Below are positions 10,689-23,130 of a stretch of DNA of 64,000 nt, piece by piece; position 1 is the first letter of the stretch, and every line of letters begins with the position of its first letter. The notes beneath the pieces were generated by a model that saw only the letters and a list, made by a program, of their open reading frames with translations, ran no database searches and had not been told where the DNA came from. The stretch covers positions 64,001 through 128,000 of the forward strand of contig CAWAGQ010000008.1 in the NCBI GenBank assembly GCA_963781585.1. Direction: 5' to 3'. Origin of the DNA: an uncultured Gemmatimonadaceae bacterium. Lineage in GTDB: Bacteria; Gemmatimonadota; Gemmatimonadetes; Gemmatimonadales; Gemmatimonadaceae. The position numbers and the translations under genes were made by a program.

Positions 10689-11252
10689 TCACGGCCTCCG
10701 CATGGTGTGCGTGCAGGCATCGCTTCCCGCCGGATCGGAGGCGCCGTACGAGGCACGGATCAGTCGTGGCGACCTGCTCGCGGGAAGTTCCAGCACGAAG
10801 AGCGAGGAATACTGCTGGTCGCAAAGATCGGCGAACCGCGGACCACCGAGCGCCTCGATGATCGCGGGGATGGTATTGGAGTGACCCACGACGAGCACTG
10901 TCTCGCCTGCAGGCCGTGCGCGCACCGCAGCGGCGACGGCTTCGGCGTGGGCGTGCACGTCAGCGCCCGCTGCCACGACGATGGGCTCGCGGCCGATTGC
11001 GTGCGCCAGCGGTGCGGCTGTCGCGCGGGTCCGGAGAAACTGGGTGGTCACGATCGCGTCCACCCCGGCATCGGCGAGGGCGGCCGCCAGGTCGCGCGCC
11101 CGCTGGCTCCCCGCCGCGCTGAGCGCCGGATCGTCGGCCGGTGCGGCTGCCTTCTCGGCGTGGCGCACGAGGATGACCGTCGCCGGCTGCGGCGACGCGA
11201 CGCTGGTACATATTGCCAGCGCCAGAATGCCTGACGACAGATGACGCATCAC
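10689..11252 (-). CDS. Histidine phosphatase (SixA/PGM-like), secreted
   Basis: VILVRHAEK and VVGHSNT motifs. Confidence 0.88.
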   Translation of the reverse strand: MMRHLSSGILALAICTSVASPQPATVILVRHAEKAAAPADDPALSAAGSQRARDLAAALADAGVDAIVTTQFLRTRATAAPLAHAIGREPIVVAAGADVHAHAEAVAAAVRARPAGETVLVVGHSNTIPAIIEALGGPRFADLCDQQYSSLFVLELPASRSPRLIRASYGASDPAGSDACTHTMRRP

Positions 11253-11418
11253 GCCTCCCGCTCCAGATCTGCCTGCCGCCGTTCACATGGGTCGCAATCG
11301 CGAAGCGGCGGATACCTGGCATCCCACCCGCGCAGCCCACCTGCCGAGCGAGCCGGGTGAAACGTACGGCGCGCTCCGTATCCCGGAAGCGCCGCAGGGC
11401 GCTACGCGGCGGGACGCC

Positions 11419-12361
11419 TCAGGGGCAGCGACCCGGCGGTCCCGCGTACTGCATGCCAAAACGCTTGAGATACTCGGCTAGCGGTTCGAGGCCAACCGTC
11501 GCGCGACGCTTGTCGACGCAGGCTTCGTCGAGCACCGGGTCGAGCGTGGGTGGGCCGCCGTGCTCCGGCGATCGCGTCTGCGATCCATAGCGTTGCGGTT
11601 TCCCGTCGGCCACGAGTACGCGGTCCTCGAGCAGCGCGCCGTCTCCGGCGCGCGCTTCACCCGCGCGTACCGCAGCCAGCACCAGCGGCAGGACCTCGCG
11701 CTGGTACTCAGCCGGCGCGTGCTGGGCGATCAGCCAGGCCGCGTGCGCGCCATCGTCGCCCACCACGCTGCGGACGGGCCACCCGTGGGCAATGACGATC
11801 TCCTTGAGTCGCGCGAGCGGCGGCGCGTCGGCGGTGGTCATCGCTTTCATCGCCGAGTCGCCTTCGTGCGAGTCGATCCCGAAGCGGGTGATGACCGCTT
11901 CGATGCCGGCGCGATTCTGCTGATCCTTTTCGGCCAGTGCCAGCAGCTCCGCGCGCAGCGTGGTATCGAGGGCTGCATTACGACGATGGGCGAGCTGACA
12001 GCGATCGCATGAAGCGCGGATCGGCCCGAATGCGGGCGAACGCGCTGTCGCCTTCCAGGTAGTGCAGGAAATCGGCGCGGAGGAATCCCTGCTCGATCGC
12101 GCGCCGGAGGTCGGCCAGAGCGAGACTGTCCTGGCCGGCCTTTGCGGCGCTCATCGCGGCCAATGCGAGACTCGTGGGGTCGAAGCCCGACATAGCGTAG
12201 GCGCGTTCGTACAGACGCGCGGCCTCGGCGAAGTGGCCCGCGGAGTCGGCCGCGTTGGCGCGGATGATCCACTCGTCGAATCCCTGACTTTTCGCACGCG
12301 GCGCGATCAGAAGGCTCGCGCCGAGGGCGAAGGGAGTCAGATGGCGTATGACGGGACGCAT
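11419..12361 (-). CDS. Secreted TPR-like plus DUF6624-like protein, frameshifted near 12000
   Basis: N-terminal ORF 11978-12361 joins a frame reading ..LRAELLALAEKDQQNR..GWP....VG.DGAHAAWLIAQHA..LEDRVLV..GKPQRYGSQ. Confidence 0.75.
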
Positions 12362-12479
12362 TCCGACAATATGCCGGTGGTCCGGCGCGCGCGGCTATCG
12401 TTCAGCTCGATGCGGCCGCAGGGGCACCAGGGAATGCTTCGGTGTAGCACTCCGGCGACTCACTTCCGTGGATATCCCG

Positions 12480-12734
12480 ATGCGCTCGAACGGCGACGAA
12501 GACGAATTCGATCTCGACCGGGACTTTCCGCTCGGCGACGGCACCGCGGACATGGACGCCACCGTGGAGTGTCCGTCTTGCGGTGCGCCCGTCGAGATCG
12601 CGCTCGATCCGGGGAGCGGCGCGGTGCAGGAGTACGTCGAGGACTGTCAGGTCTGCTGCCAGCCATGGCGGGTCAGCGTGCGGTACGATCGGTCGGGGCA
12701 CGCCGAGGTGCGGGTGAGCGCGCTGAACGAGTAG
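12480..12734 (+). CDS. CPXCG-motif cysteine-rich protein
   Basis: CPSCG...QEYVEDCQVCCQPW. Confidence 0.88.
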   Translation: MRSNGDEDEFDLDRDFPLGDGTADMDATVECPSCGAPVEIALDPGSGAVQEYVEDCQVCCQPWRVSVRYDRSGHAEVRVSALNE

Positions 12735-12795
12735 GACATTAGACACCCCACCACTTCTGGCGTAGTTTTCAGGTGACCGTCACCGGAAGGCAAGC

Positions 12796-13020
12796 ATGAC
12801 CGTCGAGCATCTCCCGATCCACACCGACCCCGAGATCATGGGCGGCACTCCCGTCTTTGTCGGCACGCGCGTGCCCGTTCAGACATTGCTGGATTACCTG
12901 GAGGCTGGCGATCCACTCGACGAGTTCCTTGAGGATTTCCCAAGCGTCACACGGGAACAGGCGATTGCAGTCCTCGAACTAGCGAAGGAGATGCTTCTCA
13001 AGCGGGCCAGCGCCGCCTGA
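12796..13020 (+). CDS. DUF433 family antitoxin
   Basis: DPEIMGGTPVFVGTRVPV..LLDYL..G....EFLEDFP. Confidence 0.92.
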   Translation: MTVEHLPIHTDPEIMGGTPVFVGTRVPVQTLLDYLEAGDPLDEFLEDFPSVTREQAIAVLELAKEMLLKRASAA

Positions 13021-13026
13021 CTCAGG

Positions 13027-13341
13027 TTGCGCATTCTCCTCGACGAATGCGTGCCACGCCGGCTCGGGCGTGACCTCGTGGGCCACGACGTATCTCACGT
13101 TACATCCCAAGGGTGGGCTGGGAAGCGAAACGGGGCGCTCCTGGACGTCATGCGAACGCAGATGTTCGAGGTTCTCATCACCGTGGACCGAAATCTCGCG
13201 TTCCAGCAAGACTTGCCCAGGTTCGTGGTCGCGGTGATGGTACTTCGCGCTCGCTCGAATCGCATCACCGATCTCCGACCTCTTGTACCGGCGATCCTCG
13301 CCGCGCTACCCAGTCTCGCGCAGGGCAGATCACTTGGGTAG
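13027..13341 (+). CDS. DUF5615/PIN-like toxin
   Basis: MRILLDECVP..GWAGKRNGALL..LITVDRNL..QQ; directly follows the DUF433 gene. Confidence 0.88.
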   Translation: MRILLDECVPRRLGRDLVGHDVSHVTSQGWAGKRNGALLDVMRTQMFEVLITVDRNLAFQQDLPRFVVAVMVLRARSNRITDLRPLVPAILAALPSLAQGRSLG

Positions 13342-13550
13342 GCGTCTAAGAAAGGTCGGATCCATCCGCGTGGGCTTCTGTCGAACGCATAGTCTCTGCT
13401 CAACCGGCGACAATGATCGCCCTATCGTGCCAATGTCACCGCGCCCTCAGCCGCCCCTATCGGCCGTCCACTCTGCCACGGTGGCGCCACCGGGGACGCC
13501 TGTCGTAGAATCGCGGCATCCTCATTGTCGCCCGTCATCCGGAGTTGCGC

Positions 13551-15948
<2,398 letters not shown>

Positions 15949-16200
15949 ATCCTGCTGGTATCTGCCGATTCCCAACGGAGGGCCAGCAGGACGGCAGACA
16001 GCGGATTCGTCGAACTGGCGCATCACCGTGGAGCCGGCTCGTATCGGCTCCATCGAGCGGGAGCGACGCTGCGGAGGCTTCCCAACGTGGTGGCCTGTGC
16101 CGAGATGAGGAATTGGGGATCGGAGTGAGACACCGTCTGCAGTCCAATTGCGCCAATCCGCCGCACGCGCCAGCGTTCGCGTGCGGTGACGTATCCGACC

Positions 16201-16234
16201 TTTACTAGTCAGTTGTATATGACTATAATGGTCA
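16201..16234 (+). promoter_or_regulatory. Sigma70-like promoter and palindromic operator of the Phd-VapC pair, likely leaderless
   Basis: TTTACT(16201)-17 bp-TATAAT(16224-16229), 6 bp before ATG 16236; TGAC-N7-GTCA palindrome (16220-16234) spans the -10 box. Confidence 0.7.
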
Positions 16235-16235
16235 C

Positions 16236-16526
16236 ATGAAGAAGGCGTCCGTCTCCGAACTCAAGGCGCGGCTCAGCGCGTACCTCGACGTCGTGCGCCG
16301 CGGAGACGAAGTGCTCGTGACCGACCGCGGCCGGCCCATCGCCCGCCTCGCTCCGGTCAGTGGCGTCTCCCACGCCACGGGCCGCCGCGAATTGCTCGTC
16401 CGGAGCGGGCAGCTCAAACCGCCCACCGCTCCCCTGCCACGCGACTTCTGGAAGCGTCCCCGCGCGAAGGACCCGAAGGGCCGATCGTTGGCGCTGCTGC
16501 TCGGTGAACGGGAAGAAGGCTGGTGA
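16236..16526 (+). CDS. Phd/YefM family antitoxin
   Basis: SVSELKARLSAYL..VRRGDEVLVTDRGRPIARL. Confidence 0.92.
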   Translation: MKKASVSELKARLSAYLDVVRRGDEVLVTDRGRPIARLAPVSGVSHATGRRELLVRSGQLKPPTAPLPRDFWKRPRAKDPKGRSLALLLGEREEGW

Positions 16527-16939
16527 GGTTCTGGGATTCATCGGCGCTCGTACCGCTCGTGCTCGAACAGCCCCTGTCCGCGCGCGCGCGCGCCTTCCAC
16601 GACGAGGATCCCGAACTGGTCGTCTGGTGGGGCTCAGTCGTCGAGTGTGCCTCGGCCATCAGCCGGCTGCACCGCGATGGCGGGTTGACCGACGGCCAGG
16701 AGGAGGCGGCGCGATCGCTTCTCGCGACGCTCCGAAGCAGCTGGTTCGAGATCCAGGCGGGAGACGCGGTGCGGGAGCAGGCCCTCCGGCTTCTTCGCCT
16801 GCATCCCCTACGCGCGGCGGATTCGTTGCAGCTGGCGGCCGGCGTGGAATGGGCCGGCTCGCCGCCAGTGGGCGACTTCGTGTCGTTCGACAATCGCCTC
16901 CGCGCCGCCGCGCAACGGGAGGGATTCCGCGCGCCGTGA
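16523..16939 (+). CDS. vapC: VapC-type PIN toxin
   Basis: FWDSSALVPL, LRAADSLQLA and SFDNRL..AA..EGF; GTGA overlap with the antitoxin. Confidence 0.9.
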   Translation: MRFWDSSALVPLVLEQPLSARARAFHDEDPELVVWWGSVVECASAISRLHRDGGLTDGQEEAARSLLATLRSSWFEIQAGDAVREQALRLLRLHPLRAADSLQLAAGVEWAGSPPVGDFVSFDNRLRAAAQREGFRAP

Positions 16940-17023
16940 GAACCGGGCCGTGTCCTCGCCGGCGCTCTTTCCCTCACTCGCCCCGCCGCCACTTTCCCGG
17001 CGTCTCCCGCATCGATCCGGCCA

Positions 17024-18655
17024 TTGGGCGAAACGCGCGTTGACCTGTTCCACCTGCTCGAGGATCTCGCCGGTGCGTATCCCGGCGAGCTGGGAGACAC
17101 CATCCTCACGGAGATCGTCGCCAACGCGCTCGACTCGGGCGCGTCGACCATCGCTGTTTCGGCCGACACCGCGAACTCCACGCTCACGGTGGTCGACAAT
17201 GGAGCCGGCATGCGCCGAGCGGAGCTGCGCCGGTTCCACGACATCGCCGCGACCACGAAGGAGCGCGGCCAGGGCATAGGCTTCGCAGGCGTCGGAATCA
17301 AGCTCGGACTGCTCGTAAGCGACGAGGTGGTGACCGAAACCGGGCGCGGCAAGGATCACGCCTGTACCACGTGGGCGTTCGCCAACCGGAAGCGCGCCCT
17401 CTGGCAGTGGGTTCCCCCAAGGGACCTGGTGACCGGCACGGGTACCGCCGTGCAGTTGCGCCTCCAGAATCCGCTTTCTCCCCTGCTCGACGGAGCGCTT
17501 CTCGAGGCACGCCTTGCCCGCCACTTCGAGCCGCTGTTCGATTCGTTCTTCGACGAGGTGCTCCGCGGCCAGTATCCGAAGGGCGTCCGCTTCACGGTCA
17601 ACGGCCGGACGCTCGAACGACGCACCGGGCCGGTCGGCGAGATGGCGCGGGTGGCGGTCCACCTCGCCCGGAAACGCAAGCCGGCGGCCACGGGCTATCT
17701 CGTCAGGCACGCCATGCGCCTTGCCGACGATCAGCGCGGCGTCGCGATCAGCACCTTCGGCAAGGTGATCAAGCGCGGCTGGGACTGGCTCGGCCTCAGT
17801 CCCGCGAATCCGGAATTCGTGAACGGCCTCGTCGAAGCACCGGCGCTTGCGATGAGCCTCACGCTGAACAAGGCGGACTTTCTGCGAACGGGTCCGCGCG
17901 GCGCCGTCTATCTCGCGTATCGCAAGGCCATGCAGGAGGCGCTCGCGCAGCAGCTCGCGGCGTGGGGCAACGCGCACAACGCGCACGAACGCACGCGGCG
18001 CCGCGCGGCCCGCCCGGTGGAGCGCGACGTCGAAACCGTCCTGCTCGATCTGGCCGACGCGTTTCCCATGATCGCGATGCTCGTGGAACGCCGGAGCGGA
18101 GGACAGCGAAAGCTGCTGATGGGCCGCGGCGATGGCACCGGCGCGCCGCAACCCATGCTGCTGCCGCCGGAGACAGCGGAAGGCGCGCCGATCGTCGCGC
18201 CCCCGGAAGAAGCGCCCGAAGCCGAGTCGCCCGCCGCCGGCGAGGCGGCGCCTGACGAGCGGGACGCGGAGCCGGAGCTGCCGAGCACACGGGCGGAGCC
18301 TCCGGGCAGCCCCGACCTGCCCGGCACCGCGCCGCTCCAGCTGCCGCAGCGGAAAGGCCGGCGCCGGCCGACACGACTCGGCCTAACGATTCAGTTCGAG
18401 TCCCGCCCTGACGATCCGGAGATCGGGCGCCTTGTGGAGACGACCGTGTGGGTGAATGACGCGCACCCCGCCTACGTGCGCGCCGCCGCATCGCGCGCGG
18501 AGTCGTATCACCTGGCGCTTTCGGTGGCCATGGCGCTGGCGCGGGTGGCGGTCGAGCCCGCGCAGGAACATGAATTCGTCTCCGCATTTCTCGGACGGTG
18601 GGGCGAAGCCGCCGTGGGTGCGCGCACGGCGAGGCGGCGGACACGGAAGGGATGA
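17024..18655 (+). CDS. GHKL (HSP90/MutL/MORC-like) ATP-binding protein
   Basis: EIVANALD, VVDNGAGM and GIGFAGVGIK Bergerat-fold boxes; Pro/Glu-rich linker near the C terminus. Confidence 0.8.
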   Translation: MGETRVDLFHLLEDLAGAYPGELGDTILTEIVANALDSGASTIAVSADTANSTLTVVDNGAGMRRAELRRFHDIAATTKERGQGIGFAGVGIKLGLLVSDEVVTETGRGKDHACTTWAFANRKRALWQWVPPRDLVTGTGTAVQLRLQNPLSPLLDGALLEARLARHFEPLFDSFFDEVLRGQYPKGVRFTVNGRTLERRTGPVGEMARVAVHLARKRKPAATGYLVRHAMRLADDQRGVAISTFGKVIKRGWDWLGLSPANPEFVNGLVEAPALAMSLTLNKADFLRTGPRGAVYLAYRKAMQEALAQQLAAWGNAHNAHERTRRRAARPVERDVETVLLDLADAFPMIAMLVERRSGGQRKLLMGRGDGTGAPQPMLLPPETAEGAPIVAPPEEAPEAESPAAGEAAPDERDAEPELPSTRAEPPGSPDLPGTAPLQLPQRKGRRRPTRLGLTIQFESRPDDPEIGRLVETTVWVNDAHPAYVRAAASRAESYHLALSVAMALARVAVEPAQEHEFVSAFLGRWGEAAVGARTARRRTRKG

Positions 18656-18724
18656 CTCCGGACGGAGGTTGTACCGTTGACGCCCTGGCGTGCTTCCCTG
18701 GACGTCATGGCTTGAGTCCGACCG

Positions 18725-18825
18725 ATGCCCACCCTCGACACCGACTGGCGGCTTCGCCTCGCAATGCGGAGCATCCGAACCGCGAGTTCCTCGCCGAGCG
18801 CTTCGAGCGGTTCCGGGCCGCGTAG
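18725..18825 (+). pseudogene. Probable internally deleted HNH restriction endonuclease scar
   Basis: MPTLDTDWRLRLA joins out of frame to PRNAEHPNREFLAERFERFRAA*, resembling both termini of COG3440-like HNH proteins (from memory). Confidence 0.4.
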
Positions 18826-18931
18826 AGTCCGGTCCGTACGTCGCTTGGGCAGGGAATCCGGCCGCACGGTGCTTGTGCGGGCAGGACTTCTTAGTTAAAC
18901 TTAGGCCGTATTCTTTAATAGTGCCGCACGC

Positions 18932-18951
18932 TATTCAAACCGACTTGAATA
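18932..18951. promoter_or_regulatory. Palindrome upstream of the Fic gene (possible autoregulatory operator)
   Basis: TATTCAA-accgac-TTGAATA within an AT-rich stretch (about 18890-18955). Confidence 0.5.
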
Positions 18952-19924
18952 AGCGCCAAGCCACCGCATGAAGCGGGCTCAGTCGGGGCGATACGAGATC
19001 ACCTCGGCCGGCGGTGAGCGCGTGCGCGCGTTCGTGCCGGATCCCCTTCCTCCACGGCCGCCGCTCGCTCTCACTGGCCGGTTGCAGCAATCGCTCGAGG
19101 CCGCAGTCCTGGCCACTGGCCGTCTCGATGGGGTCTCCACGTTGCTGCCCGATAGGTCACTCTTCCTTTACACCTACGTGCGAAAGGAGGCAGTGCTCTC
19201 ATCACAGATTGAAGGGACGCAGTCGTCTCTGTCCGACCTGCTGCTCTTCGAGCTTGACGAAGCTCCTGGTGTGCCCGTGGACGATGTCGCGGAAGTATCC
19301 AACTACGTGGCGGCGCTGGATCACGGGCTCGCCCGCATGCGTGGTGGATTCCCGCTGACCAATCGGCTGATCCGTGAAATCCACGGCGTGCTGTTGTCCC
19401 GTGGGCGCGGGGCCGGCAGGGCTCCCGGTGCATTTCGACGGTCGCAGAACTGGATCGGAGGCACGCGCCCCGGCAACGCCGCATTCGTGCCCCCGCCGGC
19501 GCACGCCGTGCAGGATTGCATGTCCGCGCTCGAGCGTTTTCTCCATGCCACCGACGACGGCCTGCCGCTGCTCGTACGAGCCGGACTTGCGCACGTTCAG
19601 TTCGAGACGATTCATCCGTTTCTTGACGGCAACGGACGGGTAGGCCGCTTGCTTGTCACACTGCTTCTGGTGCATGCCGGCATGCTTCACGAGCCACTGC
19701 TCTATCCCAGCCTGTACCTCAAGCAACACCGGAATGCGTATTACGATTTGCTCACGCGGGTCAGAGAGAAGGGAGACTGGGAAGCCTGGCTGTCCTTCTT
19801 TCTCGTCGGGGTCACGGAGACGGCGGAAAGCGCGGCCATGACCGCGAACCGTTTGACGCAGCTGTTCAGTGAAGACCGCGCAAGGATCGAGACGTTGCGT
19901 ATTTCGCCACATCTCGTTCACCGA

Positions 19925-20015
19925 TTTCGCTCCAAGCCGTTCACCCATTTCGGTCCAAGCCGTTCAGTCGTTTCGCTCCAAGCCGTTCGCTCATTTCGGC
20001 CCATGCCGGTCACCC
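19925..20015 (+). repeat. IS21 left-end tandem repeats of about 23 bp (transposase-binding sites)
   Basis: TTTCGCTCCAAGCCGTTCA-like units; inverted related units at about 22585-22653. Confidence 0.8.
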
Positions 20016-20116
20016 GTGCCGGTCCAAGGCGATCGGGCGTGATGCGATGAGTTGAGGGCCGCGGGATCCCGTCCACTGCCAGCGATCCTTCCGGGAACTC
20101 TTTCCGGAGCGACGCC

Positions 20117-21778
20117 GTGGCAGCTGTGAGGGTATCCATGCGGAAGGTCCTTGACGTCGTGCGGCTCCGCTTCGAGGCGGGCCGCAGCCAGCATGAGATC
20201 GGGCTCGCCCTGGGGCTGGCGCAGAGCACCGTCGGCGAGTACCTGCGCCGCTTTCAGGCGAGCGGGCTCGCGTGGCCGCTCGCCGCGGACCTCGACGAGG
20301 CGGTGCTCGAGGCGCGGCTCTTTGCTCGTCCCGCTGCGCCGGCGGCCGAGGCGAGACCGCTCCCCGACTGGCCGACTGTTCACCGCGAGCTCCGGCGCAA
20401 GGGGGTGACGCTCCAGCTCCTGTGGCACGAGTACAAACAGGGCGAAGCGGACGGCGCGGCGTGCTATCAGTACACTCAGTTCTGCCGCCACTACCACGCG
20501 TGGGCCGCCCAGCTCGATCCGGTGCTCCGGCAGCAGCACACAGCGGGCGAGCGCACCTTCGTGGACTATGCGGGCCAGACCATCGACGTCGTCGACACGA
20601 CGACGGGCGAGGTCCGCGCGGCGCAGCTCTTCCTCGGCGTGCTCGGCGCAAGCAACTACTTCTTCGCGGAGGCAACGTGGACGCAGACGCTGCCGGACTG
20701 GATCGCGTCGCATGTGCGCATGGTCGAGTATTTCGGGGGCGTCAGCGCCTTGATCGTGCCCGACAATTTGCGGAGCGGCGTGACGCACGCCTCGTTCTAC
20801 GAGCCGACCGTCAACGCGACCTATCAAGACTTCGCCACCCATTACGGCACGGCGATTCTACCCACGCGGGCCGCGCGGCCCCGCGACAAGGCGAAAGCGG
20901 AGTCGGGCGTGCTGGTCGCCGAGCGCTGGCTCCTGGCCCCCCTGCGCCATCACACCTTTACGTCGCTCGCGGAGCTCAATGGCGCGATTGCGCAGTTGCG
21001 GGAGGTTGCGAACGACCGGCCGTTCCAGAAGCTCGCCGGCTCGCGCCGCTCGCTCTTCGAGACGCTCGACCAACCGGCGCTCCGCCCGCTGCCCGCCACG
21101 CGCTACGAGCTGGCGGAATGGCGCACGGCGAAGGTGAACATCGATTATCACATCGCGGTCGACGGCCACTTCTATAGTGTGCCGTATGCCCTGGTGCGCG
21201 CGGCGGTCCGTGTCCGCCTCACCGCGTCGATGATCGAGGTGCTGCATGAGGGCAAGCGGGTGGCGACCCATGCGCGGAGCGCGCAGCGCGGGTGCTTCAC
21301 GACCGAGCCCGCGCATCGGCCCAAGTCGCATCAGGCGCACCTCGAGTGGACGCCCTCCCGTCTGGTCCACTGGGGCGCCAGCATTGGCCCGTCGACCGGG
21401 GCGCTCGTGACGAGGATCCTCGAGCGCTGGCCGCATCCCGAGCAGGGGTACCGCGCGTGTCTCGGCCTCTTGTCCCTGCGCAAACGCTACCCCGACGCGC
21501 GGCTGGAAGCCGCGTGTGTCCGCGCGCTCACCACCGGCGCGACGAGTTACAAGTCGGTGAAGTCGATCCTCGCCGCCGGGCTCGATCAGGTCGCCCCGGA
21601 GGAGCCACCACCCCTGCGGCTGCCGGCGACGCACGCCCACATCCGCGGCGCCGACTACTACGCCGACTCCCCGGCTCCGGAGTCCGCGCTGGAACTCCCC
21701 CGGTCGTCTTCGGCCTCCTTGTCCTCCTCCTCCTCCTCCTCCTCCTCCTCCTCTACGTCTGGAGACCGCTCATGCTGA
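20117..21778 (+). CDS. istA: IS21 transposase IstA
   Basis: FVDYAG, IVPDNL and PRDKAKAE DDE motifs; HAHIRGADYY near the C terminus. Confidence 0.95.
   Translation: MAAVRVSMRKVLDVVRLRFEAGRSQHEIGLALGLAQSTVGEYLRRFQASGLAWPLAADLDEAVLEARLFARPAAPAAEARPLPDWPTVHRELRRKGVTLQLLWHEYKQGEADGAACYQYTQFCRHYHAWAAQLDPVLRQQHTAGERTFVDYAGQTIDVVDTTTGEVRAAQLFLGVLGASNYFFAEATWTQTLPDWIASHVRMVEYFGGVSALIVPDNLRSGVTHASFYEPTVNATYQDFATHYGTAILPTRAARPRDKAKAESGVLVAERWLLAPLRHHTFTSLAELNGAIAQLREVANDRPFQKLAGSRRSLFETLDQPALRPLPATRYELAEWRTAKVNIDYHIAVDGHFYSVPYALVRAAVRVRLTASMIEVLHEGKRVATHARSAQRGCFTTEPAHRPKSHQAHLEWTPSRLVHWGASIGPSTGALVTRILERWPHPEQGYRACLGLLSLRKRYPDARLEAACVRALTTGATSYKSVKSILAAGLDQVAPEEPPPLRLPATHAHIRGADYYADSPAPESALELPRSSSASLSSSSSSSSSSSTSGDRSC
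21722..21751 (+). repeat. (TCC)10 microsatellite encoding a poly-Ser tail in IstA
   Basis: Ten perfect TCC units. Confidence 0.9.
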
Positions 21779-22590
21779 TGCAACAAACGCTCGACCTCCT
21801 GCACACGCTGCGGCTCCCCGGAATGGCCCAAGCGCTCGAAGAACAGCAGGGTGTGCCGGATCTCGCGAGTCTCGCTTTTGAAGACCGCCTCGCGCTCCTC
21901 CTTGAACGGGAGCGCCTCGGCCGCGACGATCGGCGACTCACGCGGCTGCTCCAGATCGCACGCTTTCGCGAGGCGGCCTGTCTGGAGGACGTGAACTTCC
22001 GCGTGAAGCGCGGCCTCGACCGGAACATCTTCCTCCGGCTCGGTACCGGCGACTGGATCCGGCACCATGACGTGATTCTCATGGTCGGTCCCACTGGAAC
22101 GGGGAAGACCTGGCTGGCCTGTGCGCTCGGCCACAGTGCGTGCCGCCAAGGGCACGTGGTCCGCTACGTCCGTCTGCCGCGACTCCTCAGCGAGCTGGCG
22201 ATTGCGCGCGGTGATGGATCGTACGGACGGCTCCTGCAACAACTCGCCAAGACCGACCTGCTCATCCTGGATGACTGGGGGCTCGCCCCGCTCGGCGATC
22301 GCGAACGCCGCGATCTCCTCGAAGTGATCGAAGATCGATCCGGTCGGCGCTCGACTCTCGTAACCAGCCAAGTGCCCGTGGACCACTGGCACGAACTCGT
22401 CGGCGACGCCACGTTTGGCGACGCCATCCTCGATCGCCTCGTCCATCACGCGCACCGCATCACGCTGACCGGAGGCTCGCTCCGGAAACTCAAACGGCCC
22501 AGGCCGTGTCCCCTACCACCGAATAACCGTGACTCCACCGATCCCGTGTCTCTCCGCTCGTCGCTGAACGCGATCGTCCGAACCCCGTGA
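21772..22590 (+). CDS. istB: IS21 helper ATPase IstB
   Basis: GPTGTGKTWLACA Walker A, LLILDDWG Walker B, DAILDRLVH. Confidence 0.95.
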   Translation: MLMQQTLDLLHTLRLPGMAQALEEQQGVPDLASLAFEDRLALLLERERLGRDDRRLTRLLQIARFREAACLEDVNFRVKRGLDRNIFLRLGTGDWIRHHDVILMVGPTGTGKTWLACALGHSACRQGHVVRYVRLPRLLSELAIARGDGSYGRLLQQLAKTDLLILDDWGLAPLGDRERRDLLEVIEDRSGRRSTLVTSQVPVDHWHELVGDATFGDAILDRLVHHAHRITLTGGSLRKLKRPRPCPLPPNNRDSTDPVSLRSSLNAIVRTP

Positions 22591-23130
22591 ACGCTTTGGA
22601 GCGAAACGGCTGACCGGCTTCACGCGAAACGCGTGACCGACTTGAGCGAAATACGAGACGTCAGGACGTCGTGCCGGTTCGGCGCTCAGGGTTCACGATG
22701 CGCTCAAGGCCCGCCCCATACTCTCGATGCCGGAAATCGCCAGACGGACCAGGCTGGGCTTCCCGACCGCCTCTTCGGCAATGGAGCGCCTTGTCTCGTC
22801 AGGCATAGCCCGCGAGCTCACCGGCAGGAGACGAAACCGGTTGTTTGTCTACACGCGCTACCTGGCCGTACTGAATGAAGGAACGGAGCCCATTCTTCCT
22901 TCCGGGACAAGGCGCACATGACGTCAGACGCCGCCCTTTCCACCGGGTTGGCTTCGACGGCCCAACAGGCACATTCATCGGCTGGTAAGCGCGGGAGCGC
23001 GGCTTTCCACACGGCCTCCGCACAGAGCGTCCGCCTAACCATCCGGCGCATGACGTGGCCACGACCGGGTCCCGCCGCCGCACGGCTCCGCTCTGGACGT
23101 GAGGAAAAGCTCGAATCGCCGTGACCCCGA

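Larger units (their letters stand above)
19896..22656 (+). mobile_element. IS21-family insertion sequence
   Basis: Ends TGCGTATTTCGC and GCGAAATACGA; flanking duplicate GACGT (19891-19895, 22657-22661; extendable to CGAGACGT); subterminal repeats; istA-istB. Confidence 0.93.
18968..22921 (+). pseudogene. Fic family protein interrupted by the IS21-family element
   Basis: HPFLDGNGRVGR Fic motif and SSQIEG inhibitory-like motif; removing the IS rejoins ..RIETSGRRAGSALRVH..ELTGRRRNRLFVYTRYL (22662-22921). Confidence 0.92.

Noticed and set aside
15960..16110. Possible HigB toxin remnant (NWRIT)
   Set aside because: Only a five-residue resemblance; not supportable.
18932..18951. dif/Xer site
   Set aside because: It has a 6-bp spacer, but the arms do not match the XerC/XerD consensus; an operator is more likely.
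19925..20015. CRISPR-like repeat array
   Set aside because: Units of about 23 bp with only about 4 variable bases, no cas genes; they are IS21 terminal repeats mirrored at the other end.
19896..20050. C terminus of the 360-aa Fic ORF in the ORF track
   Set aside because: It is read-through into the IS21 left end; the true C terminus is at 22662-22921.
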